62,550 nt of DNA from Gonapodya sp. JEL0774 (Eukaryota). This document shows positions 1-12,584 of the stretch, one piece after another. The DNA lies in contig JADIIX010000135.1 of assembly GCA_027604505.1 (NCBI GenBank), positions 1-62,550 on the forward strand, in the 5' to 3' direction. A model generated the notes under the pieces. It had not been told where the DNA came from, made no database searches, and saw only the letters and a list, made by a program, of their open reading frames with translations. Within the stretch, counting starts at the first letter, position 1. Each line of letters begins with the position of its first letter. The position numbers were made by a program, and so were the translations under genes.

Positions 1-228
1 GGGGGGGTGACGTGAGGGGAAGACAGGTGTCACTGTCGTCACCATCAGACGGTCACACGACACGGTACAATTAATTCCCCAAAGAGATGGCTTTCTGAAT
101 GGTCCCCCCGGAAGGAGTACGCATGAATGAGATCGAGGTGCGGGGGATGCCGGGGGGTCGTGTCTGTCGTAATAACGTCCCCGTCCCCGTCCCCGGTACG
201 ACAGATGAGATAGTCGTCGAATCATCAC

Positions 229-282
229 TCCCAGCCCCAGCCCCAGCCCCAGCCCCAGCCCTAGCCCCAGCCCTAGCCCTAG
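229..282. repeat. Hexamer tandem repeat (CCCCAG/CCCTAG)n
   Basis: Directly visible. Encodes AGAGAG/ARAG on the minus strand. Confidence 0.8.
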
Positions 283-1093
283 TCCCATTCCCAACCCCCA
301 CAACGCACCGTCCTCGTGGCTTCCGGAGTGGCCCCCTGCGAGTTTTGGGTCGACGAGTTTCTTGACAAAATCGAGGTGGAGGCCGATTGATGTTTTGGGG
401 GAGTTGGAGGAGGGACGGTAGGAGGAGGAAGAAGGGCGGAGGAGGGAAGAGGAAGAGGAAGAGGGGGAGTGGATGGGATGAGGACCAGGTTGGGGGATGA
501 GTGAGTGGAGGGAGAGAGGGGAGGCTGTGGCAGGGTCGATTGAGGCGTGGGGGTGAGCGAGCCAGAGAGGAAGACCGTCTGGGGATGCTGTGGCCTGTGC
601 TGTGGGGGCGGTTGTTGCGTGTGCAGTGTGGATGGAGGGGTTGGAGGGGTTGGAGGGTGCAGGGTGTGTGGGGTGTGTGGTGTGGTGTTGTGCTGTCCCC
701 ATCTCCCGACTTTCCCCTCCACCTGCACCGCCCTCCCCTCCCACTCTCACTCCCACCCCATCATCCCCTCCACTCTCATCTTCCTTCTCTTCTTCTTCTT
801 CTTCTTTCTCTCCCTCCTTTTCTTCTCTTTCTCCTTCTCCCCTTCCCCTCTTCTTCTCTCCCCGCACTCCCCGCTCTCCCCGCTCTCCTCGCTTCTTCTT
901 AACTCCCCCTCTCTCCCTACCCATTCCTGGTTCCTGTTCCCTCACTCTCCCTCTCTCCCCCCCCACCCACTTACCACCCCCCAACCCCCCCCGACCCCAC
1001 CAAACCCCAAACACAACCACACCCACACCCCCACAACACAGAGAACCCGGAGAAAATGACCCCCAAAAACCGTACAAAACAAAAAAAAACCAA

Positions 1094-1104
1094 ANNNNNN
1101 NNNN
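1094..1104. other. Assembly gap (run of N)
   Basis: N run flanked by A-rich and C/T-rich low-complexity sequence. Confidence 0.99.
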
Positions 1105-2602
1105 TCTCCCCGCCCTCCCTCTTCCCTCCCCGATCCCCCTCCTTCCCCTTCAATCCCCCTTCCTCTCCCTCTCCCTCTCCTCCCTTCCTCTTCTTCCCGG
1201 ACTTCTTGCCCCTCAACTGCCTGTCCATCCCATCATCCTCCATCGCTCCAAATCTCGGTCTCTGATTGGTCCCGGGCTAGTGTGGTGCTGCCTGCGTGCG
1301 TGACGTGAAGACCAGGCTGGCCCTGATCTGGTGGTCAAGAGATAAACCTCGAGAAGGCCACAGCTGACCGCAGCTCTCCCCCAAACCCTCCGCTTACTTT
1401 TCAACCCTCGCTCATTCACGGCACCGTTCCTCACCTTTCCCGTGTCTTGTCGATGTAAATGGCGATAACGGGATTTGTCCAGGGGACGACATCCTGGTCC
1501 GATTGGATTGGGAACGTACCATGTATATGTTTCGTTTTCGATTCAGAACAAGAACTACCGACCTGGCGACTTGGCGGTTGTAAAATATAGCTAATTTTGA
1601 TAAGGTGGGATGGATTCATCCGATCAGGTATGGTGAGAATGGCACGGTCCATGTGCGCGTCCGTCGTCATGCAGAGAGCTCAAATTTCTCCCGCCAGTTT
1701 TGGACCCCTTCAGCCGCACCACAAAGCGATGTATTTAAGTTAGTTTGTTCGGGTGGATCTGACGTGCAATTTGAGCCGTAGATCGCCTGCATCATCCAGG
1801 AGACTGTTTCACATCTCAACATGAGGGGTTCTCAGGCAATCACAGATTTCAGATGTGAAACTTTGCTACGCTCTCAGTTCTCTTTCAATCGGTACAAAAA
1901 TCAGGCAGCAGCGCAAAGATATTGAGACGCCTATAATAGAAATTTCGAATCGTAAATTTTACGAGACCAACAGATGGATTGCGTCATGGTTGGGTCAGGC
2001 AACAAAAAGGCAGGGCAACATCGTTGGCAGTATGCATATGTGCTTCCAAGCACATATATAGTGGGCATCCATTCGACTCCATGGGCTCTTCGTGCTTTGG
2101 CACTATGGCTAGTTGTCACGCTGATTGCGGGTACGGTGGCATATATGATTGCGACAGCCGATGATGTACAGATGGATGTAGGGGGCGGTCCGAGTGTGTC
2201 CTCGGGAAAGCTCTCGGCATCGCGTGGTGGTATACGAAGGCAAGAATAGAAAGTACACCTTATCAAAAGCCGAGGAGGGGCACGAGGTGAACCGGACCGG
2301 GTGCAACGAAACGTACTGCAAATGAACAATAATCTGTTTAGTAGGGAGATGAAATGGAAGTAGTTCCATCTGTTGGAGTTGGGGGGTCGTGTTGTGGAAT
2401 CACGCAATTTTTGGTGTTGTGGTGGTGGGGTACGTTTGAATACGTTCTTCCGATCCTTTTGACCGGATTCAAAATCTGGTCCACGGAATCGCACCGCGTC
2501 CGAATCCATCAAGGCAATAAAACACGAAGGAAACGCATTCCCGTTTTCTTCGCTTCTACTTTCACTGCGATCGATTGATATTGATCTATCCCGGGCAAAC
2601 AA

Positions 2603-4978
2603 ATGGCCAAGGAAACCGTCATCGTCACAGGAGCGTCGGGGTACAGTGCGTATGGGATTGGGAGCTGAGTTTTTCCTACCGATGGACTTGATGGTGTACA
2701 CGCTGTGTGGCCCGACATCTCGTTGGTCCCCCGTGTCCCTCCCTGACCATCGTCCACCTACACCATCTCAACCCTTCTGACCCCTTCCATCCCCATCTCA
2801 CCCCATCCCACCACCTCCGAACCTCCCACCCTCCACCACACCCCTCTCAACCCACCTCCAAGTCGCTGCCCACGTGTGCCTCGCCTTCCTCACCAACTCG
2901 TACCGCGTCGTGGGCACCGTCCGATCCGAAGACAAGGGCCGGTACCTCACCGACCTGTTCAAGGACTTTGGAGACGCGTTCAGGTACTCGGTCGTCCCCG
3001 ACATGCAGAAGGAGGGCGCCTTCGACGAGGCCGCGAAGGGGTGCCAGGTGGGTTGAAGGAAGGCGGGGGGTGGTGTGCTGGGCAGGAGATGGGGGCGTAC
3101 GGGAAAGGAGGCGGTGGGAGGTAGATGGAATCGATTCGAAGTGTGACAAAGAGGACAATCGTGTGGTGTGCGTGCACTTTCACGGATACACGGTGTCCAC
3201 GAGGCATTTGGCCACCGGGTCCGTTCGCGGGTTTTGTGGTGGGCACTCTCCTCGCGGGGACCAACATGTCGGTGATTTTGAGTTTTTTTCCTCATTTCAC
3301 CATATCGCTATCTCACCGTTTTGAACGGCCTTGTGTGATTCTTCCGGCTGTTGATCCACCGCTTCGCTGCAAACTGCTCACCGCACATCCCTCTACCCCT
3401 CCAACAGGGATTCATCCACGTGGCGTCCCCTTTCTTCACTGAAAATATCACCGTAAGTTCAGCTCCCCCAGTCCCACCAGTCACACCCTCTTGCTTCCCC
3501 TTGCCACACCACTTGCTTCTTCACCTTACCTGAATCACCCACACCCACCCGCTTCCAAAACCCCTCGTCCATAGGACCCCCACGCCCAACTCGTCACCCC
3601 CGCCGTCCTAGGCACAACCCACGCCCTCCTCGCCGCGCAAACCGCCGGTGTCCGCCGAGTCGTCGTGACGTCCTCCTTCGCCGCCATCGGGCGTGCCTCC
3701 CAGAGCCTGCCCTACACCTACACCGAAAAGGACTGGAACACCGACTCGCTCGAGCTGGCCGTGCCTACGTACCAGACCAGTAAGACAAGGGCGGAAAAGG
3801 CAGCGTGGGAGTTTGTTGAGGGGAGGAGGCCGGGGTTTGATTTGGTGACCATGAATCCGCCACGTAAGTTGGAGAGCCCGGGGGCGGGTTTGGGGAGAGG
3901 GGGGGTTGGCGAGGGAGGAGGATGGAGGGATGGTGGAACGAAAAATCGGTGGCATGAGATGGGTTAAGGTTTGGCGACCGGCAGAACGGACGAGGCGTGT
4001 TTGGCGTTAATGAATACGAATCGCGGGGTGATCAGCAGAAGGCTCTCTGGTCGCGTGGGCTTGGTGATCGTCAAGGGCGTGTGTCTCCCTCCACGCATGT
4101 GCTCCGCAGTCCAACCAACCCACACTTGATCCTGCCACCCACGCGCGTACCGTTCTCTAACCCCCAACGGCCCTTACCCGACATGCTCCCCTTCGTTTTC
4201 ACCCGCCACACCTCCCCGCAGTGGTTGTCGGCCCCACCATCCATTCCACCTCCGTCACGTCGCTCAACACTTCCATGAACTACTTGCTCAGGTACGTCTC
4301 GGGGTACCACAAGGTGCCCCAGGCGGGCGGGATCGGATACGTGCACGTCAAGGGTGAGTGTCGTCGTCGTGTGTGGGCGATGGGGACGAGTGCAGGTCGT
4401 GGTGGTTTGTGGCATGGTTGTACAGTGCCTGTGTTTGTGCTGACTCGACGCATGTGTTGTTCGGGCAGATTTGGCCCTGGCCCACGTGAGAGCATTTGAG
4501 CGGCCCGAAGCGGGTGGGCAGAGATTCCTCGTTGGGGAGGGTACGCACACTTGGCAGGAGGTGAGTGACGTCACCTGATTCGCTTGTAGCGATTTTGAGT
4601 GCGGGAAGAGTCCTCATCACGTACGCGTTGCTCGGTACCACCACGTCACTGCACTGCCACGGCGCCACCTACCGCGCGCTCCACACCACGTGCGGCCAAA
4701 CACCCTTCCCATCGCCCGCCTCCCACACTCACACCCTGTACCAGCTCTGTGACGTGATCCGCGCCGAGTTCCCTGAGCTCCGCAGCACGGTCCCGGAAGG
4801 CACACCGGGCCAGTACGTGCCGCAGGCTGTTCTGGACAACACCAAGGCGCGTACGACGCTGGGGATCGAGTTTGTGGACTTCAAGACCATGGTGAAGGAG
4901 TCGGTGGTGGATTGTTTGGAGATTTTGAAGAAGGGGGGCCACGCGGTCGGGGCGGGGGCGGATGCGGGGGACGTGTGA
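2603..4978 (+). CDS. NAD(P)-dependent epimerase/dehydratase-family reductase (GRE2 / aldehyde reductase II-like extended SDR), ~7 exons
   Basis: Spliced translation MAKETVIVTGASGYIAAHV (Rossmann TGxxGxxA), VVGTVRS, FIHVASP, VVVTSSFAAI, catalytic YQTSK, AEKAAWEF, MNPP.VVGP, VHVKDLALAHV. GT-AG introns include 2646-2862, 3048-3407 and 3864-4221. Confidence 0.93.
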
Positions 4979-5377
4979 GGGAGGGTGCAGATCACTTTCG
5001 GGGTGGGGGTGGGGGTTGAACGACGGCGTGCGGTACCGACAGATGAACTGCGATTAGATAAACTAGAGAAGACGGTTTGTTTCTTGTGTGAATAGAGTTC
5101 GTGTTTCTATTACATTCTTACCACGCGTTGCCCAGTAATAAGGAACCAGGCGAGCAGAACCTGGTGGAAGTTCCACTCACTTCGCATCGTAACTGATAAA
5201 ACCCAAGACGGAACCGCTGCCCATCCTCAACGGCAAAGAAAAGACTCCGGCAATCGCAAATTGAGCGCGATTTGACGGCAATCCTACACAACTGCTTTGC
5301 AAGAGCGAACGACGGACTTGCTGACCTGTCAGCGGCACAACTGACGCCGGACCGCCAAACCGAACAACGAACAAGCA

Positions 5378-8300
5378 ATGAACGGCCTTTCAGACGCAGA
5401 TCTCGAGGAGTTTGACGACTTTGTGGACGAATACAGTGCGTTGAACGGCTGCTGGGGTCGACGGAGCGCCAGAGCTTTGGTGTCCTCGCCGTCGCCGCAC
5501 GCCAACGCCATCTGAACGCCAACGCCGCTCACCTCCCTATCCTCCGTTGCTTAGCCTCTAAACTGAATGCAATAATGGAAGGAAAGTTTACCGAAGACGA
5601 TCTGAAGGACCTGGAGAAAGATGTCCAGAAAAGGACTGGCGGCACAGAGGCTGCTAGCGTCGCGGGAAACACGGCAGAGAAGGTACGTGGAACGATGTAT
5701 TCGAGCTGCAGCTTTGCAGAATCAACTCTCTGAAGTTACCCTCTGTCTCATCATCCCTCGACGTAACCGTTTCCAAGTCTGCTGCTGTTTCAAACCCGTC
5801 TTCGCCATTGAAACCGAAAACGAAGTCCGACCCCCTCGACTACTCGAAATGGAACTCCATCAATGCAACCGACGATGACGATGATTCTCAGTCCTCGAAC
5901 GCTAAGCCCAAGCCTCAAGCCAATTCAAAATCCACTTCCAGCCCCCAAATACCGGTCTCCGAGCGTCGGCGCGTTGCCGCCGCAAACTTCGTCGATAGCA
6001 TCAAGACCCGTGTGCGTGAAGAGTCGCAAAGGTACCGAGATAACGCTGCCGTGCTGTTCAAGCAGGCAAAGTACGCGGAGGCCGTCAAAGAATACCAAGC
6101 CGCGATAGATGTATGCGAGAGGCCACCTCAATCGCTTATGAAGCCACAGTCCACCAGTGCGGACAATTTGATGAAAGGTTCCGAAACCCGCACGGCTAAT
6201 GGCGCCATCGACCTGTCCGTTCCGATCGGTCTGGCAGCTTTATCCCCTTCCGCAACTACCACCTATGCCATCCCTGTCGATCCACTCCTGCACACGAACC
6301 TCAGTCTTTGTCACTTCCGCCTGAGTAACTACCTGCTCTCGATCCACCATGCCTCTCTCGCCATAGCGCTCGACCCGACGTGTGTTAAGGCGTGGTGGAG
6401 GAGGTGCGAGGCCCACAAGGCTCTAGGGGAGCTGGAGTCGGCATTGGAAAACGCAAAGGAGGTGGTGAAGCTGGTTGAAATGGAAGTCAAGGGTGGTGAG
6501 GTAGGGGCCTCGATTGCCGAGTCGGAAGCGGCTCAGGCAGGAACTGCAGGGTCAAAGAGAGCCGGAGCGGGAGCAAGCTTTTCGCAATCATGCAGTACTG
6601 TCACTCTGGACTCTGCTCGCCGACTCGCCCGTACGCTCGAGCTCGCATTGGCAGACCAGGCCGCTGTCGCATCTGGGTCCGCGAACATATCACTGGGCCA
6701 AGAAAAAACCCTCGCCAATCTAGTCGATCTGTTTTGTACGAGAATCACATCGACAGCATCGGGGAGCTCGAACTCAAGCTCCGATGCTCAGCGCACAGTG
6801 GCAGGCACTGCCCTCGCATCTGCTCTAATCGACTCCACCCCCGCTGCCACCTTGTTCCGTGCGCGTGGTGGTTTTGACCGTCTTCTATCCCCCTCCATAT
6901 TTAACGCTACTACTGCTCAGTACGTCCTGCCTGTACTTGTGGCGGCCGTGAGCGACTGCCCCGCCAACAAAAGGGAGTTGGCAAAGCATTTGGCAACGAT
7001 AGTGGAGGTTATGCGAGCCGCGAAAGAAGATCCAAAGGCCGCGACAGATCTTAGGATGGCAAGCTACGGTGTGAAGTTGATTGGACTGTGTGTGCAAGAA
7101 GAGGTGTTTGTAGATGCTCTCGTTGGACAGGCACCGTTGATACCACCTGCGTCTGGAACCCCCTCGCTCACAGCCACCGCCTCGGATTTGTTCCTTGTTT
7201 CACTTCTCTCCCTTGTACGACATCCTCTCCCCACCAAATCCTCACTCGACCGCACCATGACTCCACTGGCATGTGATGTGCCGACGGAGATTATGGTAAT
7301 TTTCGGTCTCATCGCTCCACGTTGGATTGCGAGGTCCCCGCAAAGGGCGAAGGAGGTCATCGGCGCTTTTGCTTCGGTGGTGCAGGGGAGTAAGGCTGTA
7401 AAGGATGGGGAGGCCGAGAAGCGGGACAGAAAAGTTGCCGCGGTGAGGTATGCGGCGATGGTGACTGGTGCCATGGACAAGCTCAAGGGATCTGCTGGTG
7501 CAGTGTCCGCAGAAACTTGGACGCGCTTGGTTCGCGCGGCGACGTTTGTCATCCGATGCGAAACCGAAGCCGATCCCGAGGCTTGGCACGAGTCTTCAGT
7601 TGTGCTGGACTGCCTCGCAGTGGTGGCCAACGCCGTCACACTCGCCTCCGCGGCAATAGTAGATTCGGCAGACGATGATCACGTGGAAGGGTCGGCCGTT
7701 TTGGTCGCTTCCCTGATAGCGATATTGCGTGCCGCGCTATCAAAACCGGACGTGGACCCTTGCACATTTACTGAATCGTTTAGCAGGACAATGCTGGTCC
7801 TGTCAAAACTTGCTAAGAACCAGCGCTCCGTGCTGGAGCTGGCATTTATTGATGATGCCTGGGAAATCCTCGGACCTCGTCTCGCCAAAATCCTACAGCT
7901 GCGTGGTGGTCATATTGCCTCCCCTGGAGGGGACGATTCTGTCGAAGCAAGCTTGGCTGACAGAGTCCTTCGTATCGTTGCGGGATACCTCTCCCCTGTG
8001 GATACTGGTGAGCTCTCGACTCGAGTCCGAGCATGGGAGGTCCTGGGTGGTTTGGAGGGCCTCGTTCGCTGTGCGGAGGGAGAGCTAGCGAGGTTTGAGG
8101 CACACAAAACAGAGGTCAGATCGAGAAGAGGCTGGGACGCAGCATCAAAACTGCGATTCGGGGAGGAAGAAGGAAGGGTTATCGGACATGTTGCTTGGTG
8201 TTTGGGAGAATGCGCGAAAGATGGTGAGCTGAACTAATTTTGTTTATGGGTCTATCGTGACATCGATTTTACGTACGTCGTTCACCATCTCCTTTATCGT

Positions 8301-8574
8301 AGTCAAGTACGCAGGTAAACTCTACAGCCTGGGAGCTGTAGAACCTTTGCTCAGCCTGCTCCGTGTTGTGCACGATAACGCGGTTCAGAAGAATTTAGCT
8401 ATTGCTGTGGGAAGGTTGTGTTCTGATGGTGAGTCACTCTAGTGTGTTGATTCGTATTGATCTTATGAACTTGAAATCACTTACAATTTTGCAGTCAAAG
8501 CCCGCGATCGAGTTCGTGAACTGAAGGGATTCGAACTACTTACCTCCTTGAGCAGTAAAGTGGTTAAGAAATGA
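5378..8574 (+). CDS. TTC12: TTC12-like TPR + armadillo-repeat protein (axonemal dynein assembly factor)
   Basis: N-terminus MNGLSDADLEEFDDFVDEY..KLNAIM. TPRs include AAVLFKQAKYAEAVKEY and LHTNLSLCHFRL…ALDPTCVKAWWRR. A helical ARM body ends in GHVAWCLGECA…VQKNLAIAVGRLCSD…RVRELKGFELL, which resembles the TTC12 C-terminus. Main exon is ORF 5808-8237. Confidence 0.75.
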
Positions 8575-8685
8575 CGGTTATGGGGGAAAACTCGCTTATC
8601 ATATAAAATTGTTTGTGACTATGCTGAATGTTTACAATACAGAATGCTTCGAATGGATCTGAGCTGCATCGAGTTCAGCACCTTG

Positions 8686-11600
8686 CTAGGTGCTCAGATA
8701 AATGTCGACTGTATCGCCATTTGACCGCCTTGTGATCAGTGGACATTAACCCGCTAGCTTTCATGAGAGAATCATGTCTTTGTGCACTCACCGCACGTTC
8801 TCACGTAGAAGGCTATACCTTTGCCGAACCTCATTGGAAGTCGGCTCCTCCTGAGGGCCAAATTTAGACCTGCTCTGCAGCGAGGACTGAATTTCCTCCA
8901 AAGAGTTTTCCGACACTTCCACCGAGAGAAGTGCCAATAGATCGTCGAACCACTTCTTCAAGGTTTGTTACCGGTCATGTATGTATCCAAGAGCGACTCT
9001 ATGGTCGACCGATCAAGCAACGGAAACATGATCTCCACTCACAAGATGTTCCTCCTCTAAATGTTCAGCTAACCGTGTGTGCTCCATGTCACCAACTGTT
9101 CCTTTGATTTCAGATTGGCTTTTTCGCAATCGCGTAGCGATAGCAGCTTCCTCAACCGCTGATCTGAATCGCAAGGAATCAAGCATAACTTGCCGGAGTT
9201 CCTTTCCCACCAGTCTTGTTACGGCGGCTAGCGCCGAGAAAGCTGCTGGAATAAACTTAGAGTGAATTTGAGAGAGCTTCAAAAATAAATGAACCAGTCG
9301 TGAACACTCTCCGAATCCAAATGTTATACGTCACGTACGAAATGGAAGTGCTCACAGCTTTGCAGACCGCCTCCCAGACATCAAGCATGACTATCTGATT
9401 TTCAATATCAATCTCAACATGGATTCTGTTGGCAGCATCAATTGAACGGGTGATATCTCCTATTCGAGCCACGAGGGCGCCTGATAAGGTAGGAGCTTGT
9501 GCAGTATCCGACTCTCGCATAAGAGCCGCCAGAGATTTTAAAACTTCAATCATTTGCTTTGCGTCAATACTTCCTGAAGCTTTAAACTTTTTGGCGATGA
9601 GAGTGATTGCAGCTAGGAAGAGTTCTCGATTCTTTTGAACCTGTTCTTGCGACATCTCACACAAGGTGGCCAACAGTCGAGACACCAAGTATGAGTCAAT
9701 GCTACAGTCACCACCGTCTAGTTCTGCAAGAACGGCGACGAGACCGAGCGAACCAATGCAATCAGCGCTTGATATGGATTTTCCGATTTCAAGAAGAGCT
9801 AGGTGAGTCGCTACAAGACCGACTTGAAATTTAGTCACCCCGACTCATAAGATCGCGTCTGCAATGATTCGTACCTCGGGAAGCATCAATCTTCAAGGAA
9901 GCGTCTGATCTATAAAATGAACAAAACTCTTGACGACAAGCGAGGCTATGTATTAACCTGCATGCAGATGCCAACACAAACTCCTCTGTGCCTTTGGGTC
10001 CTTGTTCATCAACAGAAATTTCAACAACGTTTTTCATGGCTCCTGCTAAATCAACCATCTGCTGTGTTTGTAGCAACGTTTTCTTCTCAGAGCACTCGAT
10101 TGCCCGAATTAGCACATCGGCGCATCCAGCCATTTTTCTTCGCGACTTTGCCGAGGAGTGTAGACCAAACTCGTAATCTTTTGCAAGCATCCTCGCTATC
10201 GTCATTCCCGCACGCCAGTTCACGTGTTGAGTGCCGTCGGGTACTGAATTGACATCATACACCCAAACTTCAAGTGCTCGTTTCAGAACTCCATCAATTC
10301 CAGAATCTGCTGGTGCTGTGTCGGAGAGGTAGATTAGCCATGCGGCAATGTCGCCGATTGGGTGTGTTTCCAAGTTGGACTGTGTGAAAGCAAAGTCTTT
10401 GGCCATGTGCTCGATGGAGGCTGTTGATAAAAGGAGACGATGCAATAGACGGAGGATAGGACGATGGTGTGGTGGATTGTAAACTGTGACGTGATGACCG
10501 TTGTGATTTTCCAGATTTTCGAAATCACGCAAATACCCACGGACAATGCCTCTTGTCGTAGCTTGAACTAATTCGTGATGCTAGTACGAGTCACCAGTGT
10601 GTCAGCGCTTCTGCCCTGATGCGAAATGCGCCAGCAAGAAACTCACCGCTACGATCCAAACAGCGGCAACAGCCATTGCTTCCCCAACGTTTACATCCAA
10701 CCCAGTGATCTGAGTTCGCTCTCTGGCTATTATTGCACCCGTTCCTGTTGTTGTCTCTGATATCGAAATGATTTCCCCTGCCAACTTATGGGCCTCACCA
10801 GCGCCAAGCGTGCTGTCCCCACACAGGAGACGTGTGACCAGTGTAATTATTAAAGCGCGAATGGCAGACAGTGTAAGGGGCCGTGAGACTAAGGTGCCGA
10901 ACTGAGACACTGGGAAAAGCAGATTGCAGTGAATCTATAGGCTCGCTCAACCACTTGAGAGTTGTCTTACCTTGCGCAAAGACCTCCCACGAAAGATCAC
11001 CCAGAAGCCGAGGTACGACACGGTTTGAGCCAATCCGCAAAAACTCACTGCATGCGTGAATGGGATCACGAAGTGGCAGTGGGGCGGTGGATGAATAACT
11101 CTGAAAAACAAGTGACCTTTTTGATGGAAGTTTCGTAAAGGCAACTGGATAGGCTGTTGCAAACTCAAAGAATCCAGAGGATACTGCAAATAAAAGTGTA
11201 TCAAGGAACCTGTTGGGGGGATTGATTGTTCACAAGTAACAAAAGCGTACCAAGCTTGATCGTTAAGGAATCAACAAGGCAGCAACGCGATGACGCTTTC
11301 TGGGAAGAGTGATTGATTTCAAGGGAGAGTGCCGCTGAAAGAAGGTCAAAGACATCAGCAGGCAATGGAACTGGAACAGTGGGAATGGCGGAACGGAATG
11401 AAGTGTTGGAGGTTAAGGTGACCATTCGCTTCGGAGTGCAAGAAATATGATTTGCAAACTCTGGCGCAAAAATATTAAAGTGAGTTGTATACTCACAATC
11501 AGAAAAGGTAATACCACTAGATCAATGGTGCTGACCACCAAACGTTCTAGGTGAGTTTGTAAGTCTTCTCCAAGGCACATCATCAAAGTGCCTCTTTCGC

Positions 11601-12264
11601 CTGATGGTGACATAGATGCAGAGGAGGTTGATGACTTTTCCGACAAGAGCGCCAAGAGAATCTTGAGATAGTAGAATGCTGGATGCACATGACTGAGATC
11701 AACAAGGACCGCCGAAGCAAGGGATGACGTCACACGTGACCATCAGAGTACCTACCGGCAATCGTCCACACCAGATCTAAGTCCCCAACATTCCACTCCT
11801 CGATCATAAGCTTTCCTATTCTGTCCATCTCCTCTTTACCCAAGGCGAGCAACCTCGCGCCGAGTTCCGTGACTTGCACTTGGAGCAACCTTTCCATGAT
11901 ACTCACCGTTGTCGGGAAATCTCCATCTTTCATCCTTACCGTAATCTGGAACAACGCAAATATTGGGTAGAGCGTATCATGTACTTGAGTAGCGAGGTCA
12001 CTTCTGATAGCAGTGACTTGATTCAGTAATTGAGCAAGTTCAGTCGGTCTTGCGCGACGAGCCAAAAGTACGTCCGGGGAGTTTATGCGACAGATCAGAT
12101 CTAAAGAAATGCTCTCTAGATCCTCTTTTTGATGAGATGATGGGAGATATGAGTTGAGATCATCGGTTCAAGCGAGTTCCATACCCACTGATTATATCAC
12201 AGCAGCGTTCTTTCAGGCTTTGGACAATTGCTCGTGTCTCCGATATTGAGATTCGCCCCTCCAT
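8686..12264 (-). CDS. Hypothetical large alpha-helical protein, multi-exon
   Basis: Chain of Leu-rich minus-strand ORFs (11730-12065, 11413-11733, 11201-11425, 10602-10910, 9831-10532, 9257-9838, 9013-9282) that can be joined by short introns. Candidate start MEGRISISETRAIV at 12264 and candidate stop TAG at 8686. Confidence 0.55.
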
Positions 12265-12584
12265 GCAGGATGAGAGCGTTTATGCAAAGTTGAGCAGTGC
12301 CTACTCCGTTTCCGGTGTCGAAGGGAAAGAACTGAAAAACAAAACAATATCTCTGTATTCTTAATGATGAAAGTCTATGTATGCGTAGCACTGCTTTTGC
12401 AAGTAGTTTCAACTAATGTTGTAAATAAACTTGGTCGCTCTTGGTTTGCACGGCAACTGAACATATTTAAAGGGGGTACTGCCACTCAAATCTGGATATT
12501 GAAGAAACGTCTTGGCATCGCAGTCCAAGGTAGTACGTATATCATTTGCACTCTCCAGCTCTCCCAACTCCAGCGTAAACACCA

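Larger units (their letters stand above)
71..1493 (-). other. Probable 3' part of an unidentified low-complexity spliced gene (contains an assembly gap)
   Basis: Minus-strand ORF ends at TAA 71 (…RTPSGGTIQKAISLGN*). There are K/E/R-rich purine tracts at 770-900 and a candidate exon DVVPWTNPVIAIYIDKTRER followed by a GTGAG donor at ~1434. No recognisable domain. Confidence 0.3.

Noticed and set aside
229..282. CCCTAG/CCCCAG repeats as telomeric or CRISPR-like repeats
   Set aside because: Short, degenerate and without spacers. Better explained as coding Gly/Ala repeats.
547..1059. Cys-rich plus-strand ORF (CCGLCCGGGCCVC) as a metallothionein-like protein
   Set aside because: A by-product of GT-rich low-complexity sequence, followed by poly-Phe/Pro from pyrimidine tracts.
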